Of a stretch of 64,000 bases of DNA, positions 38,921 through 47,033 are shown piece after piece (position 1 is the first letter of the stretch; each line of letters opens with the position of its first letter). The notes beneath the pieces were generated by a model. The model was not told the DNA's origin and made no database searches. It saw only the letters and a program-made list of their open reading frames with translations. The position numbers were made by a program, and so were the translations under genes. Origin of the DNA: Methanomassiliicoccaceae archaeon (lineage in GTDB: Archaea; Thermoplasmatota; Thermoplasmata; Methanomassiliicoccales; UBA472); the NCBI GenBank assembly GCA_963827905.1, contig CAWHCB010000013.1:26300-90299 (forward strand), read 5' to 3'.

Positions 38921-41900
38921 CTATTTTCTTTTCAACGCTTCCGGGTCCAGTCCGAAGGCCTTCATGTCCGCCTCGAGCTTCTGCATCACGTGGTCCCGGT
39001 CCCGCACCCATTCCTCGGACCAGAGGCGGACCAGCTTCCAGCTCAGATTGCCCAGCACGTCCGAGCGCAGGCGTTCCCGGTCCCGGGCGTTCTTCGCCTG
39101 GGCATAGGGCTCGCCGTCGCAGAGGATGCCCAGCACATACTTGTTCTTTACCTTGGGGTCCATGATGGCAAGGTCCACCCGGTAGGCGGAGGCACCCACC
39201 CGCCGGGCGACGGTATAGCCTCTCGCCTCCAACGCCTGCTGCACCGACTCCTCCAACCTCTGCCGCGACTTGGCCGCCTTGACGTCCTCGGGGGTGAGGG
39301 CCACCCTCTCCCCCTTGGCCCGGGCATAGTCGAGATAATCGCGCAGGAGCCTGAGGCCGCGCGGGCTGGAATCGTCCGTCTGGATGTCCTCCGGCATTAT
39401 CGAGCTCACCACCTTCACCGCTTTTTTGGCCCGGGTTATGGCCACGTTCAACCTTCGGGCGCCGCCCTCCTGGTTCAAGGGCCCGAAGTTCATGGTCAGC
39501 TTGCCGCCCTCGTCCCTCCCGTAGCCGATGGAGAACACCATCACGTCCCGCTCGTCGCCCTGCACGTTCTCCAGGTTCTTCACGAAGAAGGGCTCGACGC
39601 CTTCGGTCTCCCAGATCTGCTCGATCTCCGGGCGGTCGCGGGCCACCAGCTTGGTCTTGTACTCCAAGAGGTCGATGATGGCCTCCTGCTGGGCCTCGCT
39701 GAACGCCACCACCCCGATGGTGCGCTTCGGGTCCGCCAGGTAGAGCGCTATCACCAGCTCGGCCACCGCCGCCGCCTCGAAGCGGTTGTCCCTCTTCCCG
39801 CCCCGGTCATAGCGTCCGTCCGGGACATGGACGAACTCGATCCCGGCGTCCTTGCTGGACGCGTCGGCGTTGGGGAAGGTCTGCAGCCGGTTCTCGTAGA
39901 AGTGGTAGTTCGAGAACGATATGAGCGACTCCTGGCGGGAGCGGAAGTGCCACATGAGCATCTTCTGGCGCAGGCCGATGGTGCCGCACTCGTCCAGCAC
40001 GCTCTCCAGGTCCATCTGCTCCTCCTCGTCGTACTCGCCCTGGGCCAACTTGTCGAAGAACCGAGTCGGGGGCAGTTGTTTGTTGTCACCGACCACCACC
40101 ACCTGGGCCCCGCGCATGATGCAGCACACCGCGTCCTCCGGCACGATCTGCGAGGCCTCGTCGAACACCACCAGGTCGAAACGCAGCCCGCCGTTCTGCG
40201 GCGGCACCAGGAACTGGCTGACCGATATCGGGCTCATGAGGAAACAGGGCTTGAGCGACTGCACCGCCGGACCGCCCTTGATGAGCAGTTCCCGCACTGG
40301 CGCCCGGCGCTTGCTGGCATACTGCTTCTTCAGGTACTCCGCCCCTTGGGTCCAGGCCAGGTCTGCCATGCGCATCCTCTCCCTCACCCGGGACTGGAGT
40401 ATGGCGTTCACCCTCGTCCGCGCCATCTCGAGCTGTTGCCGGTCCATGTCCTGGAAGCGCCGCAGTCGGTCGTTCTGCTCGACCGGGTTGAACCGAGCAA
40501 GCAACGACTCCTGCTTGTAGAGCTCGTCCAACCAGAGCTGCCAGAAGCGGCGCAGGAACAAAGGCTCCAGGTCCCCCAGGTCGGCGTTGCGGCGCAAAAC
40601 CTCATCGTAGAACGGCCCCAGCCCTTCCTCGGCGATCTGCTTGCGCACCGCCAGGTACTCCACCCACTCCCCCAGTCGGTCCCTCTCGCGCAACTTGATG
40701 TCGGCCCAGGCGCTCACATCCGTCAACGGCACGCTCTCGGCCGGTCTGCCCGAGAGGCGCAGCTCCCCGGACAGGAGGAACGCCCGCATCACCTTGTGGG
40801 AGCCGTCCCAGGTCTGCAGGGAGCGTTGAACGGCCTCGTTCATCTGGGCCAGCAACGGCTGGTGGGGGGAGCCCTCCTCGGCCACCGCCCTCCAGCGATC
40901 GTCGTAGCCTTCCAGGTTCATGAAGGCCTCGGCATACTCCAACCCCTCCGACACCTTGGCCAGGTCGGTGGCCCGGCCGGAGTTGTAGCGCCCCAACCAG
41001 GGAACGCCCTGCTCCAGCGCCTTGATGCCCCGTTGGCCATCCTGCAGCTCCCGGAGCTTCCTCAGGTCGGTCAAGGCCTGCTCGTAGCTGAACGTCCCGC
41101 TGGTGGAGAGCCCCTTCAAAGTGGCGCTGTCCTTGCGGAACCCGGAGTTGATCATGCGGAACGCCCCGGAGTATTGCTTCTCGAAACGGTCCACCCATTC
41201 CGTCCCGTTCAGGTCGAACAGCTCCTTCTTGTAGCGTGAGGAGAGGTCCCGTTCCAGCTCGGGGACGCGTACCAGGGCGGACCGCCATCCGGCCACATCG
41301 CTCCCGATATCCCTTTATCTTGCCCCGGTCGAACCAGGCCGATGGCGGGGAGGGCGAACGCGCCGCCATCTGCAACAACGGGAGGAAGCGGCGCAGGGCG
41401 GTGACGTCCTGAGGGCCGGGCCAGACCGGTCGCCCCGCACAGTTCGGTCAATTCCTTGTCCAGTTGGTCCGAGGAACGGTCCAGGTCCTCCAAGGCGACC
41501 AACATCTCTCCCTGCTGGGCCAGGCTGAGCTCCTTCAGGTCCAGGTCGCGCCATGGGTGCTGTTCCCGCTTGGAGACCACCTCCCTCGAGGCGGCCAGTC
41601 GGCGCAACGTCGCCACGATCCGGTCCAGACGGGTCTGGTCCACGCCGAAGGGCTCCTTGAAATCGAAAACCAGTTGCTGATGGTCGTACAGCGATGCCAG
41701 CTCTCCATGCGCTTGGAAGGCGCTCATTCCCAGCGGCGAGCTCTTGCGATGCAACGCCAGCAGGTAGGAGTTGAGCTCGTTGCGAACGCCCTTGAGCTGG
41801 TTCAGGCGGTACTCCTCCGTGCCTTCCAGCTTGGCATCCGTGGCCTGCAGGGGACGGAGCATGCTGCCCAGCACCTCCTGCTTGTTCGGGGCGGTGGAAT

Positions 41901-43014
41901 GCAGTTCCAGGCAATGGTCGCCCAGGCCGCACTGGTCCAGACGGCGCTTCACCACCTCCAGTGCCGCCATCTTCTCGCTGACGAAGAGCACGGTGCGCCC
42001 CTGGGCCAGCGTCTCGGCGATGATGTTGGTGATGGTCTGGCTCTTTCCGGTCCCGGGCGGTCCTTGCAGCACCAGGTTGTCTCCGCGCTTCACCGCCTCG
42101 ATGGCATCCATCTGGCTCGAGTCGGCGTCCAAGACCTGGAAGGTGCGCAGCGGGTCCGGCTCCCCCAGGTCCGCCTCCTGGGATGGCTTCCTGAGCATCG
42201 TCGGGTCGCCGGCCATGGCCCTCAGCACCGGGTGCTTGGCGATCTCGCCCTCGTTGAGGAGCATGTCCTCGTAGATCACCACCTTGGCGAAGGTGAAGAG
42301 GCCGATGAAGGGCTGCTCCATGGTGACCGACCAACCGTTCCTGCGGGCGAAGAGCGGATGGAGGTTTTGCACATAGGCCTTGACATCAAAGGCGTCCAGG
42401 TCCTCGGGCGGTGATGGCAGGTCAAGGCCCAGTTCTTTCTTGGCCTTGAGGACCAGGGCGGGGTTGAGGAAGACCTCGTCCCCCTCCATCTGCAAGGTGT
42501 GCGCACCTATGACCCCCTTCTTGACCAGGGATACGGGCACCAGTAGGATCGGGGCGATGTGCATGTCGTCCTTCTCGTCCTCCTTCCAATGCAGCTCCCC
42601 GAAGGCCACGAACAAGGCGTTGATGCCCTGCTCCCGTTGGTAGCTGCCCGCTTTGTAACGGAGGTTGCCGAGGACCTTCTCGGTATAGGGGTTGAGGGTG
42701 GAGGGGGCCTCCTTCCCGCTCGCCAGGCCGACATAGTTGTACAGCTGGCACTCACGACCACCGCTCTGGCTCTCCTTGAAGTCGTCCCGGAACTTCTCGC
42801 ACCAGATGCCTTGCTTGATCCTGTCGACGACCAGGTCCTTGAACACATGCACCGGGTCCGGGTCGCGGACGATGAGCGTGGCCGACTTGGTCTTCTTGTA
42901 GTTCAACAGGCGGTTGCGCAGGCTAAGGTCGATCAGTTGGGCCTCCCATTGCTGCACCTTCTTGGCCACCACATCTTCCATCTCAGGACACCTCATCATG
43001 AAAGGGCGGAACAC
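38921..43014 (-). CDS. DUF4011-type superfamily 1 (Upf1-like, AAA_11/AAA_12) helicase with C-terminal restriction-endonuclease-like domain; two frame interruptions near 41412 and 41310
   Basis: N-terminus VQQWEAQLIDLSLRNRLLNYKK. Walker A LQGPPGTGKSQT, then VVFDEASQ, VVGDNKQLPPT, HFRSRQESLISFSNYHFYENRL and QGDERD. The C-terminus reads YRVDLAIMDP...LGILCDGEPYAQAKNARDRERLRSDVLGNLSWKLVRLWSEEW. About 1360 aa when the three frames are joined. Confidence 0.8.
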
Positions 43015-43062
43015 CGATTATAATCCATTGGTCCCTTTCCTTGGATGCGATGACTATTTTAA

Positions 43063-43081
43063 TTTAATATAAAATATTAAA
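43063..43081. promoter_or_regulatory. perfect palindrome TTTAATAT-AAA-ATATTAAA in a divergent promoter region
   Basis: Read directly. It lies in the very AT-rich 145-bp spacer between the helicase gene (-) and the TIM-barrel gene (+). Confidence 0.25.
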
Positions 43082-43159
43082 AAGTTTTATAAATCCGGAG
43101 AGGCGTTAAATAATACCTCCTTCATACCGATATGCTCATCCCAGGGTGGTATTCTATTT

Positions 43160-44244
43160 ATGATTAGATTCGGTCCGGCTGGTATCCCTCTTTCTTGTAA
43201 AGGTCGCACGATTAAGGACGGAATAGAGGATGTGCACAACCTCGGGCTGAACGCCATGGAGGTCCAGATGGTGCGCGTCAACGTCGTGGAGCGCTTGCCG
43301 GAGGAGGACGAGGTGGGCCTCACCCCCCTGGAGGTGCAGAGCGACCTCATAATCGAGATGGTGCGCCGCAAGGGCAAGAAGAGCACCATCATCAACAACG
43401 TCAACGAGAAGATCAAGGAGGACGACACCCTCATCACCCTGGCCTCAGGCCTGGTGCAGAACTTCCAGGAGCTCCATGCCCTGGGAAAGATGGGCAAGGA
43501 ACTGGATGTCGCGCTCTCCATGCACACCCCCTATTATATGGACATGACCTCCGGCAACGAGCTCACCCAGAAGAGCATGGACTCCATACGCTGGGCCGGG
43601 CTGCTCACCAACCAGATCGAGGGGGACCTGGTGGTCACCCACATCGGTCTTTATGGCGACCTGAGCAAGTCCAAGGCGGCCGAGGCCATCACCGAGCGCG
43701 TCGGTGGACGTGATGGACTGGTGGAAGAAGAACAAGCTCACGCCCCCACCTCGGCTTCGAGACCTCGGGCCGGCAGGAGGTCTTCGGCACCCTGGAGGAG
43801 ATCCTGGAGCTGAGCGACCAGATCGATGGAGTGGTGCCGGTGCTGAACTTCGCCCACCTGCATGCCAGGCAGAACGGCACCCTGCGGGAGCCGCAGGACT
43901 TCGGGGAGCTGTTCGACAAGGTGCGCCGCCAGGTGGACGGCCACTTCTACACTCACTTCTCTGGCGTGGAGCACGAGGGCGGGAACGAGAAGCGCGTCAC
44001 CCCCATCAAGAAGGGCGACCTGCGCTTCGAGCCGTTGGCCGAGTTCCTGGCCGACGAGAACCCCGATTGCACCATCATATCCAGCTCACCGCTCCTCGAG
44101 CATGACGCCATGTACATGAAGGTCATCTACGAGCGCATCCTCACCAAGAAGGTCTCCAAGGACACCAAGGTCCAGAAGAAGGACAAGGGAAAGTCCAAGC
44201 AGCAGGACGACTATGACTTCGACGACGAGGATGAGGACGATTGA
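43160..44244 (+). CDS. AP endonuclease family 2 / xylose-isomerase-like TIM-barrel protein with acidic C-terminal tail; two frame interruptions near 43700 and 43745
   Basis: MIRFGPAGIPLSCKG...NAMEVQMVR...SMHTPYYMDM...VVTHIG, then VDVMDWWKKNKLT in a second frame, then PHLGFETSGRQEVFGTLEEILEL...LNFAHLHARQNG...HFSGVEHEGGNE in a third. The tail is DDYDFDDEDEDD. The second shift sits in a C5 run. Confidence 0.6.
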
Positions 44245-44782
44245 AGGACACCTCCGCCTACATACTCAATGAGGTCAAGACGGCCATCGAGAAGGTGGAC
44301 GACAGCAAGGTCGACGAGATCGTCGACGCCATCATCGCCGCCAAGACCATTTTCATCTACGGGGTGGGCCGGTCGGGCCTGGTCGGGCAAGTCCTTCGCC
44401 GTCCGCCTGGTGCAGATGGGACTGGACGTGCACTTCGTCGGTGACATGACCACCCCCATCGTGGAGTCGGACGACCTGGTGATCATCATCTCCAACACCG
44501 GCGAGACCATGTCCGCGGTGCAGACCGCCAACATCGTGCGCCGCATCGGTGCCAAGGTGGTATGCGTGACCTCGGCGGCCCATTCCAAGCTCGGGATCCG
44601 CCTCGAACATCATTCTGGAGATCACGCCCTGCCGGGACGAGCAGCGAAGAAGTACGCGCCGCTGGGAACCATTGTTCGAGGTGGCCACGCTCGTCATGAT
44701 GGACTCCATGGTGCCGATGCTGATGACCCGGCTCAACCAGAACGAGGGATCATTGCGGCGCCGGCATGCCATCTGGGTCTGA
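44241..44782 (+). pseudogene. 6-phospho-3-hexuloisomerase (SIS domain), frame interrupted about 4 times
   Basis: IFIYGVGRSGLVG | KSFAVRLVQMGLDVHFVGDMTTPIVESDDLVIIISNTGETMSAVQTANIVRRIGAKVVCVTS | ASNIILEI | KKYAPLGT | LFEVATLVMMDSMVPMLM. These segments lie in alternating frames, with shifts near 44388, 44592, 44645 and 44675. Confidence 0.7.
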
Positions 44783-45919
44783 GCGCACCCTTCTGTTCCG
44801 GACCGTCTCCCCATAGTAGGGGTTCTGGAACTCGTCCCAGTATATCGCGAACGGTCGCTCCACCGCCTTGCCATCCCTGATGGCGAAGGCGTCGATGTCC
44901 ATCTGCACCGGGTCGATGACCATGGCGCTGTGCCAGGGACGATCGAACATGCGCATCTGGGTGTCGACATCGGTCTCGGAGAGGAAGCAACCGTGGCCCG
45001 GATGGGAATGGTACCAGCCGACCAGCACATAGTTGAAATCGGCGGTATCCAGTGTGCAGAACAGGTCCTCGAGACCCCCCCGTTCGAACCGAACGCTCAC
45101 CGATGTCGCCTCCAGCGAGGTGGTGGCCACGTCCTTGACGACGGTATAGGTCACGTTGCGGAAACGATGCACCGTCCCGAGCAGGAACCCCATCACCTCC
45201 AGCCTCTCCTCCTTCTTGCTCAAGGCATGGTTGCGGATCCGCTCCTCCGCCAACTTGGACAGGTAAAGCTCCAACCCCTGTCGTTCTTGGCGGCAATACT
45301 TCTTCATCGCCCCTCGGCCTAGCCATTTGTGCGGCGCTATGCGTTCCGATGGCGGCGGGACCTTGTCGGCGACCTCCAGGTCCTTCGATGCGATGATGGA
45401 GGGCGGTCGGATCAGCGGCACACCACCTTGGGCTGCGCCGGCACGACCAGGGGAACGACATCGACGCTCTTGGGCATTGAAGTACTGGGCGGCCCGGGTG
45501 CAGCTCTCCGTTCCGAACGGGCTTGACCCATTGGGGGATATGAGCAGCATCTCGATGCCCTTGATGAAGGTGACCAGGTTGGAGTTGAACGACCACCCCT
45601 CCAACAACCGGGTGCAGAGATGGCCCCCGTCCTCCGGCATCATGATGTTGGGATGGAATATCGGTGTGAGCCAGATGATCATGGGCTTCTCGAAGGGATA
45701 GTTCTTGGTGATGATCATGCGAAAGCGATGGTCGTACCGGTAAACCACCTTCTCCCCCTCCAGCACCGGACCGGGCACTTTGGGCAAGCCCACCTCGATC
45801 GAGACCGGGAAGACCGCCATCTCTGGGTCGGAGAGTCTCATGGTGGCGCGGGAGCCTCTCTCGCAGGCCGTGACCTCATTGGCCAATCTGGACCGGAGGA
45901 TCTCGATGGGTAAGGGCAT
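44750..45919 (-). CDS. fusion ORF: E2/UBC-like ubiquitin-conjugating domain + JAMM/MPN+ metalloisopeptidase domain
   Basis: Continuous 389-aa ORF. Residues about 1-150 read RSRLANEV...YPFEKPMIIWLTPIFHPNIMMPEDGGHLCTRLLEGWSFNSNLVTFIKGIEMLLISPNGSSPF. This is the E2 signature, with HPN at 89-91 and candidate catalytic Cys102. Residues about 205-365 read EERLEVMGFLLG...GWYHSHPGHGCFLSETD, an exact JAMM pattern of E...HxH-x7-S-xx-D. Confidence 0.8.
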   Translation of the reverse strand: MPLPIEILRSRLANEVTACERGSRATMRLSDPEMAVFPVSIEVGLPKVPGPVLEGEKVVYRYDHRFRMIITKNYPFEKPMIIWLTPIFHPNIMMPEDGGHLCTRLLEGWSFNSNLVTFIKGIEMLLISPNGSSPFGTESCTRAAQYFNAQERRCRSPGRAGAAQGGVPLIRPPSIIASKDLEVADKVPPPSERIAPHKWLGRGAMKKYCRQERQGLELYLSKLAEERIRNHALSKKEERLEVMGFLLGTVHRFRNVTYTVVKDVATTSLEATSVSVRFERGGLEDLFCTLDTADFNYVLVGWYHSHPGHGCFLSETDVDTQMRMFDRPWHSAMVIDPVQMDIDAFAIRDGKAVERPFAIYWDEFQNPYYGETVRNRRVRSDPDGMPAPQ

Positions 45920-46158
45920 CAGGCCCCGCCCTCGGGGTCGGGGATGAGCTCCAGTTCATCGCTGTCGGCGATGCCGGACTGGGCCACGCTCTGCTGCCCC
46001 CTAAGCAGGCGCTTGCCCTTGCGGATGACATAGGCCCCATCGTCCTTGTTCCAGAAGGCCGAAGCTCCCTGAATGATCTCCTGGACGGTGTTCTCCCCCT
46101 CAAGTTCCATATCGACGGTGCCGCCCGTCTCCGCGTTCCTGATCCTTACGTTCATCAC
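45919..46158 (-). CDS. small ubiquitin-like protein ending ...PEGG-A
   Basis: 78-79 aa (GTG 46158 or ATG 46155), with alternating hydrophobic pattern. The C-terminus is ELELIPDPEGGA*, a di-Gly followed by one Ala. Its TGA overlaps the ATG of the E2-JAMM ORF (TGATG). Confidence 0.7.
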   Translation of the reverse strand: MMNVRIRNAETGGTVDMELEGENTVQEIIQGASAFWNKDDGAYVIRKGKRLLRGQQSVAQSGIADSDELELIPDPEGGA

Positions 46159-46185
46159 AACGACCGGACCTGTGGGAGGGTGCGG

Positions 46186-46200
46186 GGCTTTTTAATGACT
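46186..46200 (-). promoter_or_regulatory. candidate archaeal TATA/BRE element upstream of the Ubl gene
   Basis: Minus-strand sense AGTCATTAAAAAGCC sits about 35 nt upstream of the Ubl ATG. It lies inside the only AT-rich gap (78 bp) of the cluster. Confidence 0.3.
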
Positions 46201-46236
46201 TTCGATTAGAATTAGGTTTACGGATAATGAGAATAT

Positions 46237-47024
46237 TCAGCCGTGGTTGGGGCAGTCCGGGTCCAGCTCCAACTCGTAGCATTCGCTGCGGACCAAGGAT
46301 CCATCATAGTACTCGACATGCCTGATGCAGGCCTCGGTTCGGCCGGAGATCACCTTCAACGCCTCCCGCACCTGCATAGCGGCGATGATGCTGCTGGTGG
46401 TGATCTCGGCGGCGATCTTGCGTTCGTGCACCACCACCTCCGCCCCGGTGCAGCTGAACCTCCTCTCCAGTATCCTCTGGTGGCTATTGTTCATGGCGCA
46501 TTGCAGACACGGCGTGGCGGGGGGCAGGACCACTTGGACCTTCCCTCTGAAACCGTCGGTCCCACCATCGATGTAGGGGACCTTGGCATGACAGGCCTGG
46601 GCGTTGAGGTGCAATCGGGCGGCGATGTTGTCCAGGCAACCGAATATGACGTCGTGACCAGAGAACATCTCCGTTCCCATCTCCTCCACTTTCCCCTCCA
46701 GGACGGATATCTCGACAATCCGGTGCCAGTTCGACGGCGCGCTGGGCCACGACCTCCACCTTTGCCCGGGAGCTCTCGGCATCGCCCTCTCGAAAGAAGA
46801 CGCATCGGTTAAGGTTGGACCGCACCACCCGGTCCATGTCCACTATGGTGATGTCCTGCACCCCTGAAAGGACCAGGTCCTTGACCACCTCGTTGCCCAG
46901 GGCGCCCGACGCCCACCACCAGGCACTTGGCCCTCCGCACCGCCTCCATATCCAACCAGCTGATGCGCCTGGACCGATCGTAACGGTCCTCATCGATGAA
47001 GCCCGGTCGTATGCGATCGGTCAT
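46237..47024 (-). CDS. E1-like ubiquitin-activating adenylyltransferase (ThiF/MoeB/UBA fold); two single-base frame interruptions near 46906 and 46718
   Basis: Three frame segments join to about 261 aa. Motifs: KCLVVGVGALGNEV (GxGxxG), DMDRVVRSNLNRC, GCLDNIAARLHLN, DGGTDGFRGKVQVVLPPATPCLQC (resembles the UBA3/SAE2-type adenylation-domain motif), RFSCTGAE (candidate catalytic Cys-Thr) and C-terminal DPDCPNHG. Confidence 0.8.
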
Positions 47025-47033
47025 TTTTCGACC

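Noticed and set aside
45300-45480. E2 and JAMM being two separate genes rather than a fusion.
   Set aside because: There is no stop codon in the reading frame across the linker in the sequence as given. This is kept as an explicit caveat, because the linker looks indel-affected and an internal Met exists.
45919-47024. Interpreting the Ubl plus E1 pair as an ordinary MoaD/ThiS-MoeB/ThiF sulfur-carrier or SAMP/UbaA pair.
   Set aside because: The translationally coupled downstream ORF carries an unmistakable E2 HPN...Cys core and a JAMM motif. The E1 has UBA3-like rather than MoeB-like motifs plus a Cys-Thr loop. Dual sulfur-carrier use cannot be excluded from sequence alone.
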